Assembly: GCA_963978095.1 (NCBI GenBank) | Contig: CAXBQP010000003.1 | Coordinates: 32,001-96,000 of the forward strand | Length of the DNA: 64,000 nucleotides | Direction of reading: 5' to 3' | Origin: an uncultured bacterium | GTDB lineage: Bacteria; Gemmatimonadota; Gemmatimonadetes; Gemmatimonadales; Gemmatimonadaceae | Shown: piece by piece, positions 19,876-28,761 of the stretch | Position numbering within the stretch: position 1 is the first letter of the stretch | How the letters are laid out: every line of letters starts with the position of its first letter | Notes under the pieces: model-generated | Databases searched by the model: none | Told to the model about the DNA's origin: nothing | The model's input: the letters and a program-made list of their open reading frames with translations, nothing else | Translations under genes and position numbers: made by a program

Positions 19876-20052
19876 ATGAAAGAATACCAGGCCGTGATCC
19901 TGCGCCTCACCGGGCATACGCGCGAGGATGAGGACGCCCTGACCGATCTGCTCAACGAGCGGAGCCGCGGAGGGTGGGACCCGATGATGATGACGCCCGA
20001 CAACCAACGCTTGACCATCATATTCGCCCGGGCATCGAAGCCCGAGCGCTGA
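19876..20052 (+). CDS. Small hypothetical protein, DUF4177-like (58 aa)
   Basis: MKEYQAV...LNERSRGGW...IIFAR fits the EY..LN..G..GW..F.R pattern; ends 13 nt before the next gene. Confidence 0.7.
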   Translation: MKEYQAVILRLTGHTREDEDALTDLLNERSRGGWDPMMMTPDNQRLTIIFARASKPER

Positions 20053-20065
20053 CCCCGGAGTTCCA

Positions 20066-21460
20066 GTGCAACTCGAGTTCCATGGCGCGGCCCGCGAAGT
20101 CACCGGGTCGTGTCATATCCTGCGCGTCAACGGGCACACGATCCTGCTCGACTGCGGGTTGTTCCAGGGGAAGCGCGCGGATGTCCAGCAGAAGAACGCC
20201 CGGGTTCCCGTCGATCCGCATACGGTGTCGGCGGTGGTGCTCTCCCACGCGCACATCGACCACGCCGGACGTCTCCCCTTCCTCGTGCGTGAAGGCTACC
20301 GCGGCCCGATCCACGCGACGACGGCCACCCGCGACTTGTGCGAGGTGATGCTCGCCGACGCGGCGCATATCCAGGAGAAGGATGCGGAGTTCCTGGCGCG
20401 GCGGAAGAAACAGCACGCCGATCCGCTGTACGGGCAGAAGGATGTGGTGCGCACGCTGGAGTTGATGCAGGGCACGCGCTACGGGCGCGTTGTGGATATC
20501 GTCCCCGGCGTCACTGCGACGTTCCTGGACGCCGGTCATATCCTCGGCTCCGCTTCGATCCTGCTGGAGTGCACGGAGGGAGGACGCACGGTGCGACTGG
20601 CCTTCAGCGGTGACATCGGGCGCGTCGGACTGCCGATCATTCGCGATCCCGTGGTTCCGGAGCGTGCCGACGTGGTGATCATGGAGAGCACCTATGGGAA
20701 CCGGGATCACCCATCGTCCGCTGGTGCGATGGATGCGTTGGCCACGGTGGTGCGTGACACCGCGGCGCGAGGGGGCAAGGTCCTGATTCCGGCGTTCGCC
20801 GTGGGGCGAACGCAGGAACTCGTGTACGACCTGCACCAACTGGCGGATCAGGGAAAGATCCCGCGCGTTCCCATCGTGATCGACAGTCCATTGGCGACGA
20901 AGGCCACCGGGGTGTTCGCGAAAAACACGGCAATCTTCGATGACGCGGAGCCATTTGTCCAATCGCATCGGGACGATCCGTCCAGTCTCTTCAAATTCCC
21001 GTTATTGCGCTTCACGGAATCGGTGGAGGAGTCGATGGCGCTGGATTCGACACCGGGGCCTGCCGTGATCATTGCCGCCTCCGGGATGGCCGAGTCCGGG
21101 CGGATCCTCCATCACGTGCTGCATGGAGCATCGGAACCCAGGAACACGATCCTCGTGGTGGGATTCATGGCTGAACACACGCTGGGGCGCCGCATCGTGG
21201 ACCGGCAGCCGGTGCTCAAAGTGTACGGTGACGAGGTGCCACTGCGGGCGCAGGTTGAGGTCATCAGCGGCTACAGTGCGCACGCCGACCGGACCGAACT
21301 GCAGGCATGGATCACGACCGCGCGGGCCCGATCCTCGACGTTGCGTGATGTCTGGCTGGTGCATGGCGAGCCGGAGGCGCAGGATGTCTTTGCGGCGAGG
21401 CTCGTGCAGGATGGGTTGACGCCCCATTGTCCGACGCCCGGCACGCGGGTCACCCTGTAG
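20066..21460 (+). CDS. MBL-fold beta-CASP ribonuclease
   Basis: [44 protein letters not shown]. Confidence 0.93.
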   Translation: MQLEFHGAAREVTGSCHILRVNGHTILLDCGLFQGKRADVQQKNARVPVDPHTVSAVVLSHAHIDHAGRLPFLVREGYRGPIHATTATRDLCEVMLADAAHIQEKDAEFLARRKKQHADPLYGQKDVVRTLELMQGTRYGRVVDIVPGVTATFLDAGHILGSASILLECTEGGRTVRLAFSGDIGRVGLPIIRDPVVPERADVVIMESTYGNRDHPSSAGAMDALATVVRDTAARGGKVLIPAFAVGRTQELVYDLHQLADQGKIPRVPIVIDSPLATKATGVFAKNTAIFDDAEPFVQSHRDDPSSLFKFPLLRFTESVEESMALDSTPGPAVIIAASGMAESGRILHHVLHGASEPRNTILVVGFMAEHTLGRRIVDRQPVLKVYGDEVPLRAQVEVISGYSAHADRTELQAWITTARARSSTLRDVWLVHGEPEAQDVFAARLVQDGLTPHCPTPGTRVTL

Positions 21461-22044
21461 TGGTTCGTCGTCGGTGGGTGCGCGGGATCTTCGGGGTGTT
21501 GTTGCTCGGCTGGGTGACATCGCTTGGCGCCGTACTGGTCTGGGCGCTGGAAGATGATGCCGACCATGCCGATGTGATCATCGTGATGGGGGCCGCGCAA
21601 TATCAAGGGAAACCGTCGCCCGTCTTGCGGTCGCGGCTCGATCATGCGGTGGCCCTCTGGCAGCGCGGGCTGGCGACGCGTCTGGTGCTGACGGGCGGCT
21701 TCGGGACTGGGGACACACTGTCCGAGGCCGGCGTGTCGCGCCGCTATGTGATGTCGCGCGGCGTTCCCGACAGCGCGATCCTGCTGGAAAGTGCCGGACG
21801 GACTTCCTCGCAGAGCATGCGGTCGGCCATCGACCTGATGCGGGGGCAACGCTTGCGCACCGCCATCGTCGTCAGCGACCCGTTCCATATGCTTCGCCTG
21901 GAGATCATCGGTCGGCGCTACGGGATCGAGCCACTCACCTCTCCGGCGCTTCCCTCGCGTGCGGGGAGTCGCATCTGGAATCACTGGGGGTTTCTGTTGG
22001 CAGAGTCCATCAAGGCGCCAGTGGCGCTTGTCCTCGACTGGTAA
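21460..22044 (+). CDS. YdcF/DUF218 (SanA/ElyC-like) protein
   Basis: IIVMGAA, RLDHA, TGG, SEA, VSDPFHMLR; GTG overlaps the upstream TAG. Confidence 0.88.
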   Translation: MVRRRWVRGIFGVLLLGWVTSLGAVLVWALEDDADHADVIIVMGAAQYQGKPSPVLRSRLDHAVALWQRGLATRLVLTGGFGTGDTLSEAGVSRRYVMSRGVPDSAILLESAGRTSSQSMRSAIDLMRGQRLRTAIVVSDPFHMLRLEIIGRRYGIEPLTSPALPSRAGSRIWNHWGFLLAESIKAPVALVLDW

Positions 22045-22055
22045 TCCGACACACC

Positions 22056-23363
22056 ATGCGCATTCCCGTAGACTCGTACCGCTTGCCGAACGGTCTGCTG
22101 GTGACCCTCTCCGAGGATCACTCGGCGCCGATCGTCGCGGTCAACTTGTGGTACCACGTAGGGTCGGCGAACGAACGGGAGGGGCGCACGGGATTCGCCC
22201 ACTTGTTCGAACACATGCTGTTCCAGGGTTCCGCGCATGTGGGGGCCAACGAGCACTTCGAGTTGGTGCAACGCGCCGGGGGAACCCTCAATGGATCCAC
22301 ATGGCTGGATCGCACCAATTATTTCGAGACCGTGCCGTCGAATCATCTGGCAACCGCGCTCTGGCTCGAGGCGGATCGCATGGGCGCCCTCCTGCCCGCC
22401 ATGACGCAGGAGAAACTCGACACGCAGCGTGATGTGGTGAAGAACGAACGCCGTTGGTCGGTGGACAATCAGCCCTATGGGACGTGGTGGGAGCGACTGC
22501 CGGCCCTGTGTTTTCCACCGGAGCATCCCTTCCATCATTCACTGATCGGCTCGATGGAGCACTTGAGCGAGGCGAGTCTCGAGGACATCGCCGAGTTCTT
22601 CCGCACCTGGTACACGCCGGACAACGCCGTGCTGACGATCGCCGGGGATTTCGATCCCGCGGAGGCGCGCGCGCTCGTGACGCAGTACTTCGGCCCCATT
22701 CCGCGTGGCACGGCACGTCCGGCATTGCCGTCGTTCGAGGTGGCGCCGTCGTTCGGCGGGGCGCGTCGCGCGGTGTTCGAGGATGCGGTGGTGTTGCCGC
22801 GCCTCTTCCTGGCGTTTCGCTCACCGGTGTTCGGCTCAGACGGGTACTACGCCGCGAGCGTCTGCGGGGCGATCCTCGGCATGCGGCGCGGGAGCCGACT
22901 CTACCGCGCACTCGTGAGGGAGCAGGAGATCGCGCAGGAGGTGTCGGCGTTCACCTATGATTTGAGCAAGGGGAGCGATCTGCTGGTGATCGATGCGATG
23001 GCGCGCCCGGGTGTCACGCTCGAGCGGCTCGAAGCGGCCGTGGGGGCGGAAGTCGACCGGTTGCATCGTGAGGGCGTGACGGCCGACGAACACACGCGCG
23101 CGCTGGCGCTGATCGAGACCGACCTGATCAGCGCGTTGCAGTCGGCCGGGGAGCGCGCCGACAAATTGTCGCAATTTGCTACTTATTTTGGCGATGCCGC
23201 GTTGCTCAACGACCAGATCGACCACTACCGCGCCGTGACCGTGGAGCAGGTGACGGCGTTCGCGCGCGCACACCTGGGCGCGGCCAATCGGGCCTCGCTC
23301 GTGTATGTCCCGCGTGCGGCCCGAGCGGATGCGGCGGCCGGCCCCGCGGAGGTGCGCGCATGA
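22056..23363 (+). CDS. M16 (pitrilysin-family) peptidase, catalytic subunit, no signal peptide
   Basis: YHVGS, GFAHLFEH (HxxEH), NGST, WLEADRM, YTPDNA. Confidence 0.93.
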   Translation: MRIPVDSYRLPNGLLVTLSEDHSAPIVAVNLWYHVGSANEREGRTGFAHLFEHMLFQGSAHVGANEHFELVQRAGGTLNGSTWLDRTNYFETVPSNHLATALWLEADRMGALLPAMTQEKLDTQRDVVKNERRWSVDNQPYGTWWERLPALCFPPEHPFHHSLIGSMEHLSEASLEDIAEFFRTWYTPDNAVLTIAGDFDPAEARALVTQYFGPIPRGTARPALPSFEVAPSFGGARRAVFEDAVVLPRLFLAFRSPVFGSDGYYAASVCGAILGMRRGSRLYRALVREQEIAQEVSAFTYDLSKGSDLLVIDAMARPGVTLERLEAAVGAEVDRLHREGVTADEHTRALALIETDLISALQSAGERADKLSQFATYFGDAALLNDQIDHYRAVTVEQVTAFARAHLGAANRASLVYVPRAARADAAAGPAEVRA

Positions 23364-24745
23364 GCATGGACACGCGTCCGACGGCGGGCCCGGGCCGCCC
23401 GTGGGAGTTCCCGGCCGTGCATCACGCGACGCTGGCGAACGGACTGCGCGTCTCCGTCGCGCCGATGCATCGTCTCCCCATGGTGACGGTGTTGGCGTTG
23501 GTGGATGCCGGTGCCACACGGGACGAGCCGGGACACGAGGGGGTGGCCCTCCTCACCGCTTCAGCGCTCACCGAGGGCACCGCCCGGCTCGATGGTGCGT
23601 CGCTGACCGACCAGTGCGAACGTCTGGGAGCGAGCATCGACACCGGCGCGGATTGGGACAGCTGCATCACTCATGTTGCGGTCACGCCGGATCGCCTCGA
23701 ACCGGCCATGGCGTTGCTGGGCGAGGTGCTCGTCTCCCCCGGCTTCCGCGGGCGCGATGTGGAACGGCTCAAGGAGGAGCGTCTCGCGGATCTCCTGCAA
23801 CAGCGGGTGGAGCCCCGCGGTCTCGCGGCGGAACAGTTCCGAGAGTTCCTGTATGTGGACGGCTCGCGGTATCGCGTGTCGGCAGGGGGATCGCCAACCA
23901 CGGTGCGGGGGCTCACGCCCGACCTGGTGCACGCGTTCCATGCCGCGCATGTGGTGCCGAGTCGCATGAGGATCGTGCTTGCCGGTGATGTGACCCCTGA
24001 GCGCGCGGTGGCGTTGGTGGAGCGCACGCTGGGCTCGTGGCGTGGCAGTGATGCGGCGTCCGGCGCCCCACCGGCGACAGTTGATGACCGGACCGTGGCC
24101 GGTGGCCGGCGCGTGCGCGTGGTGCACAAGGCTGATGCGCCGCAGTCAGAGCTCCGGATCGGGCATCGCGGACTTCCGCGTCGGCATCCGGACTTCTTCG
24201 ATGTCGTCGTGATGAATGCCCTCTTGGGGGGGCTGTTCTCGTCGCGCATCAACTTGAATCTCCGCGAGGCGCACGCGTACACCTACGGAGCCAACTCCAT
24301 GTTCGATTGGCGCTGCGGCGCGGGACCGTTCGTGGTGTCGACCGCGGTGAAGACGGAAGTGACCGACGCGGCGGTACGTGAGATTCTGCTGGAGATCGAC
24401 CGCATGCGCCATGAGACGGTCGGCGTCGATGAGCTCTCGCTCGCCACCGCGTACCTGGATGGTGTCTTCCCGATTCGATACGAGACCACGACCGCCGTGG
24501 CGCAGGCGATCGCGACCGCGGCCACGTACGGGTTGCCGGACGACTACTACACGACGTATCGCGAGCATGTCCGTGGCGTGACGGCGGCGTCGGTGCGTCG
24601 CGCGGCCGAACAGCATTTGCATCCCGAGGAGTTGCTGGTGCTCGCGGTCGGTGACCGCGAGGCGATCCGTGCGCCGCTGGAGGCCTTGGGAATCGGCCCG
24701 TTGGATGTCGTCGTGCCCGACGACGAGTCGACGGAGGGGGGCTGA
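23360..24745 (+). CDS. M16 peptidase, non-catalytic partner subunit
   Basis: LANGL, no HxxEH, LGGLFSSRINLNLRE..AYTYG; ATGA-coupled to the upstream gene. Confidence 0.9.
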   Translation: MSMDTRPTAGPGRPWEFPAVHHATLANGLRVSVAPMHRLPMVTVLALVDAGATRDEPGHEGVALLTASALTEGTARLDGASLTDQCERLGASIDTGADWDSCITHVAVTPDRLEPAMALLGEVLVSPGFRGRDVERLKEERLADLLQQRVEPRGLAAEQFREFLYVDGSRYRVSAGGSPTTVRGLTPDLVHAFHAAHVVPSRMRIVLAGDVTPERAVALVERTLGSWRGSDAASGAPPATVDDRTVAGGRRVRVVHKADAPQSELRIGHRGLPRRHPDFFDVVVMNALLGGLFSSRINLNLREAHAYTYGANSMFDWRCGAGPFVVSTAVKTEVTDAAVREILLEIDRMRHETVGVDELSLATAYLDGVFPIRYETTTAVAQAIATAATYGLPDDYYTTYREHVRGVTAASVRRAAEQHLHPEELLVLAVGDREAIRAPLEALGIGPLDVVVPDDESTEGG

Positions 24746-25344
24746 TGGGTGGGGAGAAATCACGTCTCGTGAGCGGTCCGACGGAGGGCGTTGCCGCGGA
24801 GCCCGGGAAGGTGTCGAGTCGGCATGTGCACACGGGGCGGGTCATCTCGCTGGACGTCGACCAGGTGCGACTCCCGGATGGCAGTGTGCGGGAGATGGAC
24901 ATGATCCATCACTCCGGTGCCGCCGCCGTGGTGCCGTTTCTCAGCGATCCCGATGGGGACGACCCGCAGATCCTGCTGATCCGGCAGTATCGCTATGCGG
25001 CCGGCGGGTATCTATGGGAAATCCCCGCAGGCCGGCTCGACGCCGGCGAGGCACCGATCGCCTGCGCACACCGGGAGCTGCGCGAGGAAACCGGTTGTAC
25101 CGCCACGACCATGATCCCGCTGACCGGCTTTCTGACCACCCCAGGATTCACGGACGAGAAGATTCACCTCTTCATGGCCACGGGGTTGAGCGTGGGAGAA
25201 TCGGCGCGCGAGGTGGACGAGTTCATCGAGGTGGCGGCAAAGCCCCTGTCCGAGGTCCTGCAGATGATCGAGCGAGGGGAGATTATTGATGCGAAAACGT
25301 TGGTAGCGGTTCTCTTTGCTGCGGGGTTCCGGCTCGGGCGGTAG
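24745..25344 (+). CDS. NUDIX hydrolase, ADP-ribose pyrophosphatase-like
   Basis: RQYRY, WEIPAG...AHRELREETG Nudix box, TPGFTDE, DAKT. Confidence 0.92.
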   Translation: MGGEKSRLVSGPTEGVAAEPGKVSSRHVHTGRVISLDVDQVRLPDGSVREMDMIHHSGAAAVVPFLSDPDGDDPQILLIRQYRYAAGGYLWEIPAGRLDAGEAPIACAHRELREETGCTATTMIPLTGFLTTPGFTDEKIHLFMATGLSVGESAREVDEFIEVAAKPLSEVLQMIERGEIIDAKTLVAVLFAAGFRLGR

Positions 25345-25376
25345 GGCGTCGATCTGCGCGCCGGGAGGAGGGTGAC

Positions 25377-25402
25377 GGGGTGTCCTAAAATTAGGACACC
25401 CC
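25377..25402. promoter_or_regulatory. Perfect inverted repeat, probable activator-binding site (UAS)
   Basis: GGGGTGTCCTAA-AA-TTAGGACACCCC, 12-bp arms and a 2-nt spacer, about 100 bp upstream of a sigma54 core. Confidence 0.55.
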
Positions 25403-25441
25403 ATTCTTGTTTCTTGGACGATTCCCTCAAATCTCCTAAAA

Positions 25442-25470
25442 TGTAAATCATTGTAAATCAATATCTTACA
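25442..25470. promoter_or_regulatory. IHF-binding site
   Basis: TGTAAATCATTGTAAATCAATATCTTACA contains AATCAA-TATC-TTA, matching WATCAANNNNTTR. Confidence 0.6.
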
Positions 25471-25483
25471 ACATTTTTTCCTG

Positions 25484-25499
25484 TGGCACGGCAAATGCT
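25484..25499 (+). promoter_or_regulatory. sigma54 (-24/-12) promoter
   Basis: TGGCAC-GGCAA-ATGCT; GG-N10-GC spacing is exact. Confidence 0.75.
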
Positions 25500-25544
25500 T
25501 TCAGAATGACAGAAATCTTGTCCCACTCTGAGGAGTCAGTCACC

Positions 25545-26189
25545 ATGGCCCGCGCTGCCGCGCTACCGTCTGCGACTCGTTTCCAGCCCGCCTTCCGGCC
25601 GATGGTCCAACTGCAGGCGCTCTCGGATCACGATCTGGTGCAGGGCTATCTGGCCGGGGACACCCGCGCTTTCGATGCGATCGTCGAACGCTACCAGGGG
25701 CGGCTGCTGAACTTCGTCTACCGCATTGTCACGGATCGGGAACGCGCCGAGGATCTGGTGCAAGAGGTGTTCATCCGTGTGCATCGCCATTTGGCGCGTT
25801 TTGACCGGTCCAAGAAGTTCTCGACCTGGATCTACACGATCGCGTCGAATCTGGCCAAGAATGAACTGCGCAACCGCTCACGGAATCCGCTGGTGCTGTT
25901 CACCTCGATCACACAGGGGTGGGAGGACGAGGAGCGGCCGTTGGAGTTCGAAGATCCAACGGCCCGCCCGGACGACCAGTTCCGCAAGCGGCATGTACGT
26001 CAGATGGTCGAGGCCTCGGTGGCGGCCCTGCCGGAGCACCACCGGGAAGTGTTCGTGCTTCGTGAGCTCGAGGGGCGTTCGTACGAAGAGATCAGCGAGA
26101 TCACGCATTGCAACCTGGGCACGGTGAAGTCACGGTTGAACCGGGCGCGGAACTCCTTTGCGGAGATCATCGAACCATCGCTTCGTTGA
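25545..26189 (+). CDS. ECF RNA polymerase sigma factor
   Basis: AEDLVQEVF, FSTWIYTIA, SYEEISE...GTVKSRLNRAR; SD GAGGAG 9 nt before ATG 25545. Confidence 0.95.
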   Translation: MARAAALPSATRFQPAFRPMVQLQALSDHDLVQGYLAGDTRAFDAIVERYQGRLLNFVYRIVTDRERAEDLVQEVFIRVHRHLARFDRSKKFSTWIYTIASNLAKNELRNRSRNPLVLFTSITQGWEDEERPLEFEDPTARPDDQFRKRHVRQMVEASVAALPEHHREVFVLRELEGRSYEEISEITHCNLGTVKSRLNRARNSFAEIIEPSLR

Positions 26190-26226
26190 GTGCAGGTGCA
26201 GGTGCAGGTGCAGGTGAAGGTGAAGG
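26190..26226. repeat. Hexamer tandem repeat (GTGCAG)4(GTGAAG)2
   Basis: Read directly after the sigma stop codon. Confidence 0.85.
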
Positions 26227-26389
26227 GGGAGTAGGACACTGCCGGGGTTGGGGGACTGCTGGCAGTACGGATGGGAAACCGCGTGACGCGCGGTCGGCAT
26301 GAAGAGTGGGGGCCATCTGGCAGGGGGGTCGTGGGGGGCGGGAACCTGAATGCAGCACTTGGGGTACCGTAGCGACCAACCCCTGCCAG

Positions 26390-26791
26390 ATGGACTGCCG
26401 AACGTTTCGCGAGCAGCACCGCGCATATATGGATCATGAGCTGACGGCGCCTGACTTGGCGGCCGTCATGTCGCACATCAGGAGCTGTGGGACCTGCGCC
26501 GCCCGAGACGGAGCCTTGCGTCGCGGGCTTTTGCTCGCGCGGAATCTTCCGCGGATCCACCCCTCGACGGCCTTCCGAGCACGTCTCCAGGCGCGGCTCG
26601 CTGCGGAGCGGCGGATGGTATATTCCGAGCATGGCTCCTTCCCCTCTGAGTGCCCTCAAATCAGCCCTGAAAAGCGGGGCGTTCGAGCCGGCGTATCATT
26701 TCCATGGGGACGAGGATTTCCTGAAGGACAGCTGGATCCGCGACGTGATCGCCCGCGCCACGGACGCAGCCACCCGCGACTTCAATCTTGA
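26390..26791 (+). CDS. Zinc anti-sigma (zf-HC2) domain protein, apparently truncated; 3' end overlaps holA
   Basis: MDC..F...Y.D.EL...HIRSCGTC (HxxxCxxC) then PSTAFRARL; no TM segment follows. Confidence 0.7.
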   Translation: MDCRTFREQHRAYMDHELTAPDLAAVMSHIRSCGTCAARDGALRRGLLLARNLPRIHPSTAFRARLQARLAAERRMVYSEHGSFPSECPQISPEKRGVRAGVSFPWGRGFPEGQLDPRRDRPRHGRSHPRLQS

Positions 26792-27686
26792 AACGCGCCG
26801 CGGCGGCGAGGTAGACGCACGAACGCTGGCCACGGCACTCGACGCGATGCCGATGATGGCCGAACGGCGCGTTCTGGTGGTGCGTGACGTGCCGTCGCTC
26901 AAGAAAGAGGCACGGGGCGTCCTGCTGAAGTACCTCGAGCGACCGTCGCCTGATACCCTGCTGTTGCTGGTGTCACCAGCGGGTGCCAAGGCGGACGCCG
27001 AGCTCAATGCCAAGCTGGTGTCGGTTCCGTTCGATTCCCTCACGGAAGACGCCCTCGTGAAATGGGTGGCGCATCGCGCCGCGCAGATCGATGTGACGAT
27101 CACGCCCTCGGCGGCAGAGTTGCTCTGCAGTGCGGCCGGCAACGATCTCGCCCTGATGGCGGGAGAGCTCGAAAAACTGCGCAACTTCACGAATGGCGCC
27201 GAGATCGACGATGCCGCCATCGCCGCCATCGTGGGCGTCACCGCGGGCGAGACGCTCGGTGATCTTCTGGATGCCGTCGCGCAGCGTGACGGCATGCGCG
27301 GCATCCGGCTCATTGAACCGATCCTGCTCCAACCGAAGACGACCGGCGTGTCGATCGTGATGGCGCTGACGACACAGATGCTGGCTATCGGCTGGGCATT
27401 GGCGGCAAAGGATCGCGGGGTGGCGCAGGGCCGGCTGGAGAGCGAACTGTTCGGGCTGTTGAAGGCGAATCCCTCCTCGATCACCGGTCGGCCGTGGGGG
27501 GAAGCGGTGAAAGTGTGGGTGCGCGCGATGCCCAAGTGGCATGCGGCCGACATCGACCATGCCCTGCATCTGTTGCTGGCGGCAGACCGGGCCCTGAAGG
27601 ATTCCAAGGTGTCGAGCGAGGAGCAGGTGTTGGTGTCGCTCGTTCTGGCACTCGCGGCGGGTGGAAAGCGCCGAGTGGCCGCATGA
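26631..27686 (+). CDS. holA: DNA polymerase III delta subunit
   Basis: YHFHGDEDFL, FNLE, PMMAERRVLVV, YLERPSPDT, ELEKL, ADRALK. Confidence 0.9.
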   Translation: MAPSPLSALKSALKSGAFEPAYHFHGDEDFLKDSWIRDVIARATDAATRDFNLETRRGGEVDARTLATALDAMPMMAERRVLVVRDVPSLKKEARGVLLKYLERPSPDTLLLLVSPAGAKADAELNAKLVSVPFDSLTEDALVKWVAHRAAQIDVTITPSAAELLCSAAGNDLALMAGELEKLRNFTNGAEIDDAAIAAIVGVTAGETLGDLLDAVAQRDGMRGIRLIEPILLQPKTTGVSIVMALTTQMLAIGWALAAKDRGVAQGRLESELFGLLKANPSSITGRPWGEAVKVWVRAMPKWHAADIDHALHLLLAADRALKDSKVSSEEQVLVSLVLALAAGGKRRVAA

Positions 27687-27711
27687 GCCCACGCGAACGG
27701 ACAGGACCATC

Positions 27712-28761
27712 ATGAGACTCTGGCAACGGCGACCGATGCGGCACTTGGGTGCCGTCGTGGCGATGACGTGTGTGACGTCGGTGCTGACGGCGCAGACGGG
27801 ATCGCGTCCGACCCCGAGCGATTCGGCGGTATTCCGTCGTGCGGCGCAGATGGTGAATGTGGGGCAGGCGCCGGCGGCCCGCGCGCTGATCGATTCGGTG
27901 ATCACGGCGGCGAAGGACGGTTCGCCGATGCTGGTGGATGGTCTCTACTGGCGTGCGGTGTACTCGGATGCGCCGGATCAGGCGCGACGGGACTACCTCC
28001 GCATCACGGTGGAGTTCGCGCAGTCGCCACGTGCGGAGTGGGCATTGCTGCGACTGGCGCAGCTGGAGTTCTCGCGGGGAGGACGGGCGGCAGCCAAGCG
28101 ACACGTCGATCGACTGCTGCTCGATCACCCGGATGGTGCCACACGGACGCAGGCACAGTACCTGCTCGGCCGTCTCCTGATTGAGGACGGGGCGATGGTG
28201 CGTGGCTGTGCGTCGCTCGCCGAGGCGAAGCAGCGCGCGGCTCCGGGCGAGATCGAGCTCCAGAACCAGATCGCGTACGCACAACGTGCGTGCGGAAGCG
28301 CTGCGATCGCCGCGGACTCCGTCCGGCTGGATTCGTTGCGTGCGGACTCGGTGCGAGCAGAGATGCAGCGTACCGCGGCCGCCGTCGCCACAGCGCCGAA
28401 GAAGGCGAAGGCGGCCGCGGCGCCTACGCCCAAGCCGGAACCGAAACCGGAACCCAAGCCAGAACCAAAACCAGAACCCAAACCGACCATACCACCGGGG
28501 CCACAACCGCCCGCTGTGTCACCGGCCGTATCGGCCAGTGGCAATTGGACGGTACAGCTTGCGGCGTATCAAGTGCTCGGCGACGCCGAGCGGTTGAGCA
28601 CCAAGATGAAGGCCCGCGGCTACGATGTGCGTGTCACGGCCGAGCGTCCGTACCGCGTCCGGATCGGGCGCTTCGAGACGCGCGCCGAGGCCGTCGCGTT
28701 GGTCGCCAAGTTGCAGGCGTTGCAGATCACGGCGATCGTGGCGGAGGCTGAAAAGCCGTGA
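27712..28761 (+). CDS. SPOR domain protein with TPR-like N-terminus and PKPE linker
   Basis: Signal peptide, helical repeats, (PKPE)n, C-terminal WTVQLAAY...YRVRIGRF. Confidence 0.85.
   Translation: MRLWQRRPMRHLGAVVAMTCVTSVLTAQTGSRPTPSDSAVFRRAAQMVNVGQAPAARALIDSVITAAKDGSPMLVDGLYWRAVYSDAPDQARRDYLRITVEFAQSPRAEWALLRLAQLEFSRGGRAAAKRHVDRLLLDHPDGATRTQAQYLLGRLLIEDGAMVRGCASLAEAKQRAAPGEIELQNQIAYAQRACGSAAIAADSVRLDSLRADSVRAEMQRTAAAVATAPKKAKAAAAPTPKPEPKPEPKPEPKPEPKPTIPPGPQPPAVSPAVSASGNWTVQLAAYQVLGDAERLSTKMKARGYDVRVTAERPYRVRIGRFETRAEAVALVAKLQALQITAIVAEAEKP

Noticed and set aside
25281..25320. AT-rich patch at the NUDIX 3' end as a sixth motif copy
   Set aside because: It does not fit GT-N2-C-N5-G-N2-AC on either strand; it may belong to the downstream promoter region.
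28429..28487. 12-bp imperfect tandem repeat
   Set aside because: It encodes the ordinary (PKPE)n linker of a SPOR protein, with synonymous variation.
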